Positions 54,460-64,000 are shown, counted from the stretch's first letter. The stretch is 64,000 bases of DNA from Candidatus Fervidifonticultor secundus (GCA_031459385.1 JAVKIP010000009.1:32001-96000); one strand, 5' to 3'. The notes: generated by a model from the sequence alone, not told the origin. Program-made: numbers and translations.

Positions 54460-56232
54460 TCAGGACGGCATCGGCCCGTCTCGGACCGCAGCGTGGCCGC
54501 GGCGTTGCCAGCGCTGCTCGACCGACTCGAACAGGTCCTGCACCTCGCGCATCACGTCGCGCCAGGGCCCGCCGACCTCGCCGATGCGGCGGTACTTGCG
54601 GTAGCGCTGCTCGACCAGGCGCGGGGGAGACAGGCGGCTGAGCTCGGCCAGGGCGGCGGCCACGTGCCGGCGCAGCTCGGCCGCGGCGGCCTCGGGGTCG
54701 CGGTGCGCCCCGCCGGGCGGCTCGGGGACGATGCCGTCGATGACGCCCAGGCGCAGCAGGTCGGGCGCGGTGAGCTTGAGGGCGGCGGCCACCTCGGGCG
54801 CGCGGCCCGCGTCATGGTAGAGGATCGCCGCGGCCGCCTCGGGCGAGATGACCGAGAAGAAGGCGTGCTCCTGCATCAACAGCCGATCGCCCACCGCCAG
54901 CGCCAGCGCGCCGCCGCTGCCGCCCTCGCCGGTGACGACCGCCACGACCGGCGTCGGGAGCAGCGCCATCGTCATCAGGCTCTGGGCCAGCGCCTGCGCG
55001 ATGCCGCGGCGCTCGGCCTCGTAGCCGGGCCAGGCGCCCGGCGTGTCCACCAGGGTCAGCACCGGCAGGTGGAACTTCGCCGCCAGCTGCATCAGGCGCA
55101 TCGCCTCGCGGTAGCCCTCGGGCATGGCCATGCCGCGGTGCCAGCCCTTGGCCTCACCGGCCGCACGGTCGCGCTCGATGCCGATGACGACCACCGTCGC
55201 GCCGTCGAGCTCGCCGAGCCCGCCGATGATCGACGGGTCGTCGCCGTACTGTCGGTCGCCGTGGAGCTCGACGAACGACCCCACCAGGTGGCGCAGGTAG
55301 TCGGTGGTCCGCGGCCGGTCGGGGTGCCGCGCGATCTGTACCACCTCCCACGCCGACGGCATCGGGCCGCCTTCCGGCCTGCGCGGCAGGCGCTCGGCCG
55401 GCCGGCGGGGCAGCGGCGCCCGGCGCAGGTGGCGCACCAGGTACTGCAGCGTCTCGCGCAGACGCCGGCGGTCGAGCAGGAGGTCGACCATGCCCCCGCT
55501 GTACAGCCGCTCGGCGCGGTGGGAGTCGGGCGGCAGGTGCTCGCCGACAGTGGCCTCGATCACGCGCGGGCCGACGAAGCCGATCTGGGCGCCCGGCTCG
55601 GCGATCAGCACGTCGCCCAGCGAGGCGAACGACGCGGCGACCCCGCCGAAGGTCGGGTGCGCCAGTACGGAGACGTAGGCCAGGCCGGCCGCATGGTGCC
55701 GCGCACGCGCCGCCGCGGTCTTGGCCATCTGCATGAGCGAGAGCATACCCTCCTGCATGCGGGCGCCGCCGGTGCTCGTCACGGTGATCACGGGCAGCCG
55801 GCGACGGGTGGCCACCTCGAACGCGTCGGCGACCTTCTCGCCGACCACCGAGCCCATCGTGCCGCCCATGAACTCGAAGTCGAAAACCGCCAGCACCACC
55901 GGCAGGCCGCCGACCCGCGCCTGTCCCACCACGACGGCCTCGCGCAGCCCGGTGCGCCGGCGCGCCTCGATGAGCCGCGCGCGGTAGGCGCGCTGGTCCG
56001 CGAACCGCAGCGGGTCCACCGAGACCAGGCGCCGGTCGAACTCGCGGAACGAGCCGGCGTCCGCGATGGCGTCGATGCGGTCGCGGGCGGGCATCGCGAG
56101 ATGCCAGCCGCACGCCGGGCAGATCCACAGGGCGGCCCGCAGCGTCCCGCGCCGGGTCTCGGTCCCACACGTCGGGCAGCGCACGGCCTCCGCCGCCGGG
56201 AGCGCCGGCGGCCGCCGGCTAGATGGCGCCAT
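54460..56232 (-). CDS. Fused acyl-CoA carboxyltransferase beta+alpha (AccD-AccA)
   Basis: CPTC...CPAC Zn ribbon, FMGGTMG, GGARMQEG, then ARHPDRP, DTPGA, GEGGSGGA. Confidence 0.9.
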   Translation of the reverse strand: MAPSSRRPPALPAAEAVRCPTCGTETRRGTLRAALWICPACGWHLAMPARDRIDAIADAGSFREFDRRLVSVDPLRFADQRAYRARLIEARRRTGLREAVVVGQARVGGLPVVLAVFDFEFMGGTMGSVVGEKVADAFEVATRRRLPVITVTSTGGARMQEGMLSLMQMAKTAAARARHHAAGLAYVSVLAHPTFGGVAASFASLGDVLIAEPGAQIGFVGPRVIEATVGEHLPPDSHRAERLYSGGMVDLLLDRRRLRETLQYLVRHLRRAPLPRRPAERLPRRPEGGPMPSAWEVVQIARHPDRPRTTDYLRHLVGSFVELHGDRQYGDDPSIIGGLGELDGATVVVIGIERDRAAGEAKGWHRGMAMPEGYREAMRLMQLAAKFHLPVLTLVDTPGAWPGYEAERRGIAQALAQSLMTMALLPTPVVAVVTGEGGSGGALALAVGDRLLMQEHAFFSVISPEAAAAILYHDAGRAPEVAAALKLTAPDLLRLGVIDGIVPEPPGGAHRDPEAAAAELRRHVAAALAELSRLSPPRLVEQRYRKYRRIGEVGGPWRDVMREVQDLFESVEQRWQRRGHAAVRDGPMPS

Positions 56233-57403
56233 CGCGCCGAAGATCGGCAATCTGCGCATCGTCGTATCCCAGCTCCCGCAGGATCGTCTCGGTGTGTTGT
56301 CCCAGCACCGGCGGCGGCGCCGCGACGCGGCCGGGCGTCGCCGACAGCTTCACCGGCACGCCGGTCTGCTTGATGCGACCGGCACGCGGGTGGTCGATCT
56401 CCAGCAGCATCTCGCGGTGGCGCACCTGGGGGTCGGCGAACAGGTCGGACATCAAGTAGATGGGCCCCGCGGGCACCCCGTGACGGTCGAGCAGGTCGGC
56501 CCACGCCCGCGTGGGGCGCTGCGCGAAGATCGGCTCGAGGAGCGCGACCAGCTCCCGGCGGTGGCGCACGCGGTCGGCGTTGGTGCAAAACCGCGGGTCC
56601 TCGGCCAGCGCCGGCGCGCCGATCGCCTCCACGAACCGGCTCCAGATCGCCTCGCTGCCCACGGCCACGTTGACGTAGCCGTCGCTGGTCCTGAACGCCT
56701 GGTAGGGCACGAGCGACGGATGGGCGCTGCCCAGGCGCCCGGGGTTTTGGCCGGTGGCGAAGTAGTAGCCTGCCTGGTAGGTCATCCAGGCCACCTGGCA
56801 GTCGAGCATCGAGACGTCGATGTACTGCCCGACGCCGGTGCGCTCGCGCACCCGCAGCGCCGCCAGGATGCCAAACGCCGCGAACATGCCCGCGGCGATG
56901 TCCGTGATCGCCACCCCCACCTTGACCGGCGGCCCGCCTTCCTCGCCGGTGGTGCCCATCAATCCTCCCATACCCTGCAGGATCAGATCGTAGGCGGTCC
57001 GGTCGCGGTAGGGTCCGTCCTGGCCGAAGCCCGAGATCGAGGCGACGACCAGCCGCGGGTTCAGGGCGTGCACGACCGGCCAGCCGAAGCCCAACCGCTC
57101 CATGGTGCCGGCCCGGAAGTTCTCGACCAGCACATCGGCCCGCCGGAGCAGCCGTCGCAGGACCTCCTGGCCCGCCGGGTGCTTGAGGTTCAGGGTCAGG
57201 CTCTGCTTGTTCCGGTTGATGCCGAGGAAGTACGAACTCTCGCCGTTGATGAACGGCGGACCCCAGCCGCGGGTGTCGTCGCCGCCTGCGGGCGACTCGA
57301 CCTTGACGACGCGGGCGCCGTAGTCGCCCAGCATCAGCGTGCAGTACGGGCCGGCCAGGGCCCGGGTGAGGTCGATCACGAGCAGGTCATCGAGCGGGCT
57401 CAG
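56219..57403 (-). CDS. CaiB/BaiF class III CoA-transferase
   Basis: DLTRALAGP, GDDTRGWGPP, NRNKQS, ISGFGQDGP; probable CTG start (alternative ATG 57421). Confidence 0.92.
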   Translation of the reverse strand: MSPLDDLLVIDLTRALAGPYCTLMLGDYGARVVKVESPAGGDDTRGWGPPFINGESSYFLGINRNKQSLTLNLKHPAGQEVLRRLLRRADVLVENFRAGTMERLGFGWPVVHALNPRLVVASISGFGQDGPYRDRTAYDLILQGMGGLMGTTGEEGGPPVKVGVAITDIAAGMFAAFGILAALRVRERTGVGQYIDVSMLDCQVAWMTYQAGYYFATGQNPGRLGSAHPSLVPYQAFRTSDGYVNVAVGSEAIWSRFVEAIGAPALAEDPRFCTNADRVRHRRELVALLEPIFAQRPTRAWADLLDRHGVPAGPIYLMSDLFADPQVRHREMLLEIDHPRAGRIKQTGVPVKLSATPGRVAAPPPVLGQHTETILRELGYDDAQIADLRRDGAI

Positions 57404-57534
57404 AGCGCACCTCCCCACCATGCCCAGTCATCGTGCCCGCAGGCGCACCCTTGCCGCCCGCGGGCCGCCCGCCCGCGGCGCAGTGCAGACTCCTCTGCCG
57501 TGGTGCCCACCGGCCCCTCCATCGTAGCAGAACG

Positions 57535-58848
57535 TCACACGTCCAGGGTGCCGTCCCGCAGGTGCGCGAGCCCGGCGCGCCGCACCAGGGCGGCCGCGCG
57601 GCGTTGCGCCTCGTCGACGACGGCCGCCTCGTCGAGGCCGTCGATCCGCCCGTGGCGCAGCCGCGGCCGCCCGTCCACCACCACGGCCTCCAGGTCCGCC
57701 GGCGTGCAGGCGAAGACCAGGGTGTGGACGACACGGTGCACCGGCACCACGCGCGCCGAGGTCAGCGAGACGACCGTCAGGTCGGCCGCCGCGCCCGGCG
57801 CCAGCGTCCCGCCGTCGAGGCCGAGCAGGCGCGCGCCGTCGGCCGTGGCCATCGCCAGGACGTCGTCCGGCGCGACCGGCTCGTCGCGAAGCCCCGCCAC
57901 CAACGCCGCGGCCTTCATCGTGCCGAACATATCCTGCGCGTCGTTGCTGGCCGGGCCGTCGGTGCCCAGCGCCACCCGCATGCCCCGCTGCCGCATCCGG
58001 CCCACCCGGGCGATGCCGCTGCGCAGGTAGAGGTTGGAGACGGGGCAGTGCACGACGCCGACGCCGCGGTCGGCCAGCAGGGCGATCTCGTCGTCGGTCA
58101 GCGCCACCGCGTGGGCGACCACCAGTTCCGGGCGCAGGAGCCCCAGGCGATCCAGGTAGGGCACCTCGCGCATCCCGAGCGCGCGCGCCGCCGCGGTGGC
58201 CTCGGCCTCGCTCTCCGCGAGGTGCAGGTGCACGCGGGCGCCGGCGTCTACCGCCATGGCCATCAGCTCGCGCAGCCAGTCGCCCGGCGCGTGCAGCACC
58301 GTGGGCACCCCGACCCAGAAACGCACGAGCCCTCCCACCGGCGGCTGCCGCAGCAGCGCCTCGGCGTCGGCCAGGGCGCGGCGCGGCCCGGCCAGCATCG
58401 GCGCCGGCGCACCGGCGACGTACGCCGACTTGACGTGCACGCCCCGCAGGCCGGCCCGGGCCATCGCCTCGGCAGCCGCCAGGGAGACCTCGACGTCGTT
58501 GGGGAAAGCCTGAAAGTTCAGCACGGCCGCCGCACCTCCCTGCAGCGCGTCCAGCGCGCCCAGCAGCGTGAACGCGCGCACGTCGTCGGCGGTGAGCGCC
58601 TGGTACAGCGGCCGGATCACCTCGCCGTGCCAGGCCGCCAGGGCGCGCCCCGGCGCCAGCCCGCGGGCCATCGTCTGGAACAGGTGGGTGTGAGCGTTGA
58701 CCAGGCCTGGCAGCACCGCGCGCCGCGCCGGTGCGGCGGGCCCCGCCGCCTCCCGGACCGCGGCGATCCGCCCGCCGGCTAGCGTCAGCGCCCCGCGCCG
58801 CGGTGGCGCCCCCGGGGAGACCAGCAGGACCGCCTCGAGCAGGTCCAC
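57535..58848 (-). CDS. Amidohydrolase (Atz/Trz/deaminase family)
   Basis: PGLVNAHTHL, HLHLAES, HCPVSN, LGTDGPASN. Confidence 0.9.
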   Translation of the reverse strand: MDLLEAVLLVSPGAPPRRGALTLAGGRIAAVREAAGPAAPARRAVLPGLVNAHTHLFQTMARGLAPGRALAAWHGEVIRPLYQALTADDVRAFTLLGALDALQGGAAAVLNFQAFPNDVEVSLAAAEAMARAGLRGVHVKSAYVAGAPAPMLAGPRRALADAEALLRQPPVGGLVRFWVGVPTVLHAPGDWLRELMAMAVDAGARVHLHLAESEAEATAAARALGMREVPYLDRLGLLRPELVVAHAVALTDDEIALLADRGVGVVHCPVSNLYLRSGIARVGRMRQRGMRVALGTDGPASNDAQDMFGTMKAAALVAGLRDEPVAPDDVLAMATADGARLLGLDGGTLAPGAAADLTVVSLTSARVVPVHRVVHTLVFACTPADLEAVVVDGRPRLRHGRIDGLDEAAVVDEAQRRAAALVRRAGLAHLRDGTLDV

Positions 58849-58851
58849 CGC

Positions 58852-59685
58852 TCAGCCGGCCTGCGTGTACCGGAACAGCAGCCGGCCGATCAGGAGGCGG
58901 AACGCCAGGTCGCTGGCAAACCCCAGCAGGCTGATCATCGCCAGCGCGACGAAGATCCGGTCGGTCTGCACCAGCAGCCCGGCCTGCTGCAGCAGGAACC
59001 CCAGGCCCGACTCGGCGGCCAGCATCTCGGCGGGGATGATGGCCATGAACGCCGACGCCAGGGCGACCCGCATGCCCGACAGCACGTGGGGCACCGCCGA
59101 GGGGAGGACGACGAACAGGAAGATCTGCACCGGCCGCGCGCCCATCGCCTGGGCCGCGCGGACCCGCACCGGCGGTGTGGCCGCCACGCCCGCCACGGTG
59201 TTGATCACCACGATGAAGAACGTCGCGTACAGGATGAGGAAGTACTTGGACAGCTCGCCGATCCCGAACCAGATGATGGCCAGCGGGATCATGGCGGTCG
59301 GCGACAGGAACCGGAAGAACTGGAGCTGGGGGTCCGTCAGGTCGGCGACCATCGCGATGCGGCCCGCCAGCAGGCCGAAGGCGACGCCTGTCAGGCTGCC
59401 CAGGCTGAAGCCCACCGCGATGCGGCTCAGGCTGGCCGTGACGTGGGCTTCGAGTTCCCCGGTGCTGAGCATCGGCACGACGGCCCGGGCAACCCTGGCA
59501 GGCGGCGGCAGCAGGTGGGGGTTGATGACGTACGTCGAGAGCGTCTGCCACAGCGCCAGCGTCAGCAGCACCGAGACGGCGTAGCGGACCAGCCGGACGG
59601 CCGGGGCCGCGCGGCGCCGTGCCCGGGGCCGGCCCGGCGCCCGCCCGGCGGCGACCTGCACGGGCAGCGGGCGGTCAGTGGCCAC
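58852..59685 (-). CDS. ABC permease (NitT/TauT)
   Basis: FRFLSPTAMIP, RAAQAMGA, AESGLG. Confidence 0.9.
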   Translation of the reverse strand: MATDRPLPVQVAAGRAPGRPRARRRAAPAVRLVRYAVSVLLTLALWQTLSTYVINPHLLPPPARVARAVVPMLSTGELEAHVTASLSRIAVGFSLGSLTGVAFGLLAGRIAMVADLTDPQLQFFRFLSPTAMIPLAIIWFGIGELSKYFLILYATFFIVVINTVAGVAATPPVRVRAAQAMGARPVQIFLFVVLPSAVPHVLSGMRVALASAFMAIIPAEMLAAESGLGFLLQQAGLLVQTDRIFVALAMISLLGFASDLAFRLLIGRLLFRYTQAG

Positions 59686-60430
59686 CGGCGGCCCCGTCGG
59701 CGAACAGCTCGCGCACCTCGCGGTAGGCCTGGGCGAACCCCTCGACGGCGGGATCGCGGGGCCGCGGCAGCGCCACGGGCACGATCCGCCGGATCGTCGC
59801 CTCGGGCCCGGGCGACATCACCGCGATCCGATCGGCGAGCGTCACGGCCTCGGCGATGTCGTGGGTGACGAACAGGATCGTGGTGGCGGTCGCGTCCCAG
59901 ATGCGCAGCAGCTCGGCGTGCATCCGGCTGCGGGTGTGGGCGTCGAGTGCGCCGAACGGCTCGTCCATCAGCAGCAGCCGCGGCTCGAGGGCCAGGGCCC
60001 GGGCGATCTGCAGGCGCTGCTGCATGCCGCCCGACAGCTGCCGCGGGAACTTGTGCCGGTGCGCGTCCAGCCCCACCAGGTGCAGGAACCGGTCGACCAC
60101 CACCCGCCGCTGCGCCGCCGCCACCCCCTGCAGCCGCAGCCCGAACGCCACGTTCTCTTCCGCCGTCAGCCAGGGGAAGAGGGCGGCGGCTGAATCCTGA
60201 AACACGATGCCGCGGTCGCGCCCCGGCGCCCGCACCGGCGCCCCGTCGAAGCGGATCTCGCCGGCGGTGGGCGCCTCGAACCCGGCGGTGAGGTAGAGCA
60301 GCGTGCTCTTGCCGCAGCCGCTGGGCCCCAGCAGGCAGCAGAACTCGCCGGGGCGCACGGCAAAGGTGACGTCGCGCAGGACCGCAGGTCCGACGTCGAA
60401 CGCCTTGCCGACCTCGAGGAACTCCAGCAC
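59675..60430 (-). CDS. ABC ATP-binding protein (NitT/TauT)
   Basis: GPSGCGKST, LSGGMQQR, MDEPFGALD. Confidence 0.93.
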   Translation of the reverse strand: MLEFLEVGKAFDVGPAVLRDVTFAVRPGEFCCLLGPSGCGKSTLLYLTAGFEAPTAGEIRFDGAPVRAPGRDRGIVFQDSAAALFPWLTAEENVAFGLRLQGVAAAQRRVVVDRFLHLVGLDAHRHKFPRQLSGGMQQRLQIARALALEPRLLLMDEPFGALDAHTRSRMHAELLRIWDATATTILFVTHDIAEAVTLADRIAVMSPGPEATIRRIVPVALPRPRDPAVEGFAQAYREVRELFADGAAGGH

Positions 60431-60440
60431 CCGGCCGCTC

Positions 60441-61433
60441 CTACTTCGGCGGGGGCACCGCCAGCGCCCGGTCCACCCCGCGCAGCCCGTCCAGGTAGAC
60501 GAACTCGGACCACGCCAGCGGCTCGGCGAGCAGGCCGGTCTCGCGCATCCAGTCGGCGACGCTGCCGAGGTCCTGGTAGAAGCGCTCGTCGAAGCGCAGG
60601 AGCAGCTCGGTGATGTCGTACATGGGGCCGGCCTGCAGGACGTCGAGCTGGAACTTCCTGGCCAGGTAGGCCAGGACCTGGGTCTTGTGCCGCTGGGCGT
60701 ACTCGCGCCCCCGCACCGACGCCGCCAGGAACCGGTCCACGGTCGCCCGGTTCTTGCGGATCCAGTCGGTGCGCGCGCTGATCATGGTGTAGTAGCCGGA
60801 CCCTACCGCGTCGGCGTGGGCCAGGATGTGCACGCGGTCTCCGGAGACCTCCAGCGCCCGCTGGGGGAACGGCGCCCAGAAGAAGAAGCCGTCGATATCG
60901 CCCCGGTCGAGGGCGGCGATCGCCGCCGGCGCGTCCATGTTCACGATGGTGACGTCGCGCTCGGTCATGCCGTTCTTCCGGAGGTAGGCCCAGATGAAGT
61001 GCGACCCCGACGAGCCGACGCGGATGGCGATGCGCTTCCCGCGCAGGTCGGCAGCCGACCGGATGGCGCGCCGCACCACCAGGCCGTAGCCCTTGGCGTT
61101 GCGCTCGACCGGCGCGATCACCCGCGTGGCGTGCCCGGACTCGGACCAGTTGCGGATGGCCGGCACGTCGCCACTGTAGACGATGTCACCGGCCCCGGCG
61201 CGGAACGACTGCCACGCCGTGGTGCCCGAGGCGAAGTAGCGGAAGACGACCTCGAGACCCTCCTCCGCGTAGTACCCCTGTTCCTGCGCCATCTCGAAGG
61301 GCGTCGTCTGCACCTGCTGCTGGCTGAACACCACGATCCGGGGCCGGCCCTGCCCCACCGATGGCCCTGCCGCAGCGGTCAGGACCAGGGCGACCGTGCC
61401 GGCCACCAGCGCCGTGCCCGTCCACTTGCTCAC
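60441..61433 (-). CDS. ABC substrate-binding protein (SsuA/TauA-like)
   Basis: Signal peptide; GYYAEEGLEV, IRSAADLRGKRIA, ALDRGDIDG. Confidence 0.88.
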   Translation of the reverse strand: MSKWTGTALVAGTVALVLTAAAGPSVGQGRPRIVVFSQQQVQTTPFEMAQEQGYYAEEGLEVVFRYFASGTTAWQSFRAGAGDIVYSGDVPAIRNWSESGHATRVIAPVERNAKGYGLVVRRAIRSAADLRGKRIAIRVGSSGSHFIWAYLRKNGMTERDVTIVNMDAPAAIAALDRGDIDGFFFWAPFPQRALEVSGDRVHILAHADAVGSGYYTMISARTDWIRKNRATVDRFLAASVRGREYAQRHKTQVLAYLARKFQLDVLQAGPMYDITELLLRFDERFYQDLGSVADWMRETGLLAEPLAWSEFVYLDGLRGVDRALAVPPPK

Positions 61434-61478
61434 CTGACATCCCTCCTTCGCGCGGGCCCCGCTGGGGCCCGCGTCGCC

Positions 61479-61655
61479 CTAGCACACGTCGTCCAGCGTC
61501 ACCCACCCGTCGCGCTCGCCCGCCAGGCAGGCGGCGCAGATGCACAGCTCGGCGAACTGCTCCAGCCGCACGAGCCCGGGCTCCTCAGGCGGCCGGGCCC
61601 GGTCGCAAAGGATGCACGTCACCGCCGGCGCCGGCGCGCGCCCGTCGTGGCCCAT
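61479..61655 (-). CDS. 58-aa Cys-rich small protein (putative Zn finger)
   Basis: TGATG overlap with amidohydrolase stop; CILC...CICAAC...DDVC. Confidence 0.6.
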   Translation of the reverse strand: MGHDGRAPAPAVTCILCDRARPPEEPGLVRLEQFAELCICAACLAGERDGWVTLDDVC

Positions 61656-63121
61656 CAGTAGACCACCCCCGTCCAGAAGTCGCGCGGCAGACGCAGCAGC
61701 GGTGCCACGCCGCTGCGCGCGATCGCCGCTCGCGCCTCTTCCGTCGCCACCGCCATCACCTCGGCTTCGTCCACCAGCACCGCCCGCCCGCCGCGCACCA
61801 CCACGCGGCCGTCCACCAGCACGGTCTCCACGTCGTGCCCGCACGCCTTCTCCACCAGGCGGTGCTCGATCAGGTAAGGCGGGACCAGGTGCGGTTGCTG
61901 CAGGCGGACGAGCACCACGTCGGCGCGCTTGCCGGGCTCGAGGGACCCCAGCGTGTCGGCGACGCCCATGGCCTGCGCGGCCTCGATGGTGACCATGCGC
62001 AGCGCGCGGCCCGGCGGGAGGACGTAGGGTGTGGCGAAGTGGACGCGCTGCAGCGTCATCGCCATGCGCATGTCTTTGAACAGGTCGAAGGTCGTGTCGG
62101 CGGTGCCGTCGCTGGCGATGGCGACCGTGACCCCGCGCGCCAGCATCTCCACCACAGGCACCCGCGCCTTGAACTGGTAGATGCGCCGCGAGGTGGGGCA
62201 GTGCGAGACCTTGGTGCCGGTGGTGGCCAGGATCTCGATCTCGCGAGGGCTGGCGCCGGTGCAGTGGGCCAGCAGCACGTCGGGGCCGAGGATGCCGGTC
62301 TGCTCGTGCACCCACTGGATGGCCCCGCCGTAGGCGTGCGTGTGGATCCCCACGCGGTACCGGTCGGCCAGCTCGCGCATGACCGCCGCCTGCCGGCGCG
62401 CCACGGGCAGGTCGGTCTCGTCGAACATCGGGTCGTAGGGCGAGGGCGCCAGGAAGCGCGAGGCACTCACCCAGACAGCCACGCGGCCGCCGGCACCGCC
62501 GTGCCAGGCGCGGATGACCGCCTCCGTCGTCGCCACGCAGTCCTCGAACGAGACCCGGACGTCGGTCTTCACGCCGTCGGTCCAGTGGGAGAACGTCTTG
62601 GGCCAGGGCGGCCGCGGCGGCCCCACCCCCACTGCCACCCGGCCACCCACGGCCACAGCGCCGCGGCAGAAGGCCTCAGCGTAGCGCGGGTCGTCGGCCC
62701 GGGGCGCGGAGCCCAGCATGGCCATGCCGCAGGTCGTCCCGAACTTCAGCCGCTCCAGGGTGGCCAGCATGCCGTCGGCGTGCCAGAACGCCGGCGTGCT
62801 GCCCCGGAAGTAGATGTGGTCCATCAGCCGCCGCCAGCCCGCCGGCGGCAGGTGCTCGCCGATGTGCTTGACCAGCGAATGCCCCGCGTGGCCGTGGGTG
62901 TCGATCAGCCCCGGGAGCACGGCGCGTCCCCGCGCGTCGAGGACCTCGCGCGGCCGGTACCGCGCCCGCAGAGCCGCGCTGGACCCGACGGCCACGATCC
63001 GGCCGTCGGCGATGGCCACGGCGCCGTCGGGGTGCACCGTCGAGGCGGCGTCCATGGTCAGCACGTAGCCGCCGTCGATCAGCAGGTCGACGGCCGCGGG
63101 CTCGTCGCGCGCGGGAGCCAT
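61655..63121 (-). CDS. Amidohydrolase (Atz/Trz/deaminase family)
   Basis: PGLIDTHGHAGH, IHTH, LAHC, SHCP, IASDG, GSLEPGKRAD. Confidence 0.9.
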   Translation of the reverse strand: MAPARDEPAAVDLLIDGGYVLTMDAASTVHPDGAVAIADGRIVAVGSSAALRARYRPREVLDARGRAVLPGLIDTHGHAGHSLVKHIGEHLPPAGWRRLMDHIYFRGSTPAFWHADGMLATLERLKFGTTCGMAMLGSAPRADDPRYAEAFCRGAVAVGGRVAVGVGPPRPPWPKTFSHWTDGVKTDVRVSFEDCVATTEAVIRAWHGGAGGRVAVWVSASRFLAPSPYDPMFDETDLPVARRQAAVMRELADRYRVGIHTHAYGGAIQWVHEQTGILGPDVLLAHCTGASPREIEILATTGTKVSHCPTSRRIYQFKARVPVVEMLARGVTVAIASDGTADTTFDLFKDMRMAMTLQRVHFATPYVLPPGRALRMVTIEAAQAMGVADTLGSLEPGKRADVVLVRLQQPHLVPPYLIEHRLVEKACGHDVETVLVDGRVVVRGGRAVLVDEAEVMAVATEEARAAIARSGVAPLLRLPRDFWTGVVY

Positions 63122-63127
63122 GGCGTG

Positions 63128-64000
63128 CTAGCGCCGGCGCGGCCGGCCGGCCCGCTCGGCCGGTCTCCTCCCGGTGGGTCGCCGCCCGGTGGCCCGGGGC
63201 GTCTGCGCCGGGGCTCCGCGGGCCCGCGGGCGCGGCCCCCGCGCCGCGCTCGCTGCGGCGGCCTGCGGCGCCGGGGCCGGCGCGCCGCCATCGGCCTCGA
63301 CGAACGCCACGAACCGGCAGAACGCGGCCTCGCCGCCCTTGAAGCGGAACGGGAAGCACCCCACCCACACCCGCCGGTTCAGGATCTCGTCGATCTCCCC
63401 GCCCACGTTCTCGACGTGGAAGACGCCCCTGGGGAACAGCAGGGTGTGGGTCGCCTGGTAGTCCTGCGGCCAGGGAAACGCCTTGTCGATGGCCATGCCG
63501 ATCTTCTTCTCGACCTCGGGGATCAGGTCGCGGCGCGCCTCGCGCACCTTGGTGTTGAACGGGTGGTCGGTGGAGATGGCGTCGATGGCCATCCAGCGGA
63601 CGCCGCGGTCGAGCACCCACTGGCAGAACTCGGCCCGCGGCCCCGGGTGGCGCAGGAACGCCCGCGGCAGGTCGGGCCGCGCGTCGGGGTGGTGGCGCCG
63701 GGTGGTCGGCGACCAGTCCTCGTTGTAGTAGGCGTGGTAGCCGGTGTGGATCACCAGGATGTCGCCGCGTTCGATGCGGGTGTCGTACTTCCGCTCCCAG
63801 GCCTCGAAGTGCTCGGGGCCGTAGAGGTCGTAGTCTCCGATCCCGAACTGCTGCAGGTCGACGACGCAGGCGGGACCCACCAGGTGCTGGATGGGGATGC
63901 CGGCCACGTCGGGCCCCGGGTCGTAGAAGTGCAGCGGCGCGTCCAGGTGGGTGGCGATGTGGTTGGTGGTGCTCAGGTGCTGGGCGTTGACGCCCTCGAA
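63128..64000 (-). CDS. Cyclase family (kynurenine formamidase-like) protein, 5' end outside window
   Basis: TTNHIATHLDAPLH at window edge, GDILVIHTG, IDAISTDHP, HVENVGG. Confidence 0.88.
   Translation of the reverse strand, partial: FEGVNAQHLSTTNHIATHLDAPLHFYDPGPDVAGIPIQHLVGPACVVDLQQFGIGDYDLYGPEHFEAWERKYDTRIERGDILVIHTGYHAYYNEDWSPTTRRHHPDARPDLPRAFLRHPGPRAEFCQWVLDRGVRWMAIDAISTDHPFNTKVREARRDLIPEVEKKIGMAIDKAFPWPQDYQATHTLLFPRGVFHVENVGGEIDEILNRRVWVGCFPFRFKGGEAAFCRFVAFVEADGGAPAPAPQAAAASAARGPRPRARGAPAQTPRATGRRPTGRRPAERAGRPRRR

Overview
Very GC-rich (roughly 70-75% by eye), gene-dense bacterial window with no rRNA, tRNA, CRISPR array or intact transposase that I could detect. A ttuBA pair hints at a thermophile. 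Contents in order: (1) a GntR-associated catabolic operon (NitT/TauT ABC transporter, DapA-like aldolase, extradiol-dioxygenase-like VOC protein, hydantoinase/oxoprolinase); (2) an MrfA/MrfB-type helicase-exonuclease pair behind a Gram-positive-type SOS box; (3) an HD-GYP protein, hyi/glxR, and a sugar(-phosphate) cluster with a Fe3+/AfuABC-like ABC transporter; (4) an acyl-CoA dehydrogenase, a lipoprotein and an SLH-SPOR-NAGPA protein; (5) a complete form I aerobic CO dehydrogenase cluster (coxMSL with AYRCSFR, plus coxD, coxE, two coxG, two XdhC and MocA); (6) a BMP nucleoside ABC transporter, an aldehyde dehydrogenase and PiT/DUF47; (7) a second Mo-hydroxylase with DUF2877 and an MFS; (8) ttuBA; (9) a catabolic cluster of cyclase, two amidohydrolases, ABC transporter, CoA-transferase and an AccD-AccA fusion. 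The most unusual observations are outside the ORF track: a stand-alone transcription unit for a 14-aa Lys/Ala peptide (MAKKAKKAAKKKGK); an orphan ~170-nt structured element beside a decayed nucleotidyltransferase gene, possibly an IS110 end or bridge-type RNA; repeated duplications of gene junctions that create stop/start-coupled 'relay' mini-ORFs; an IclR HTH in frame with CoxM; and several probable non-canonical start codons. All assignments come from motif recognition by eye; no database searches were run.
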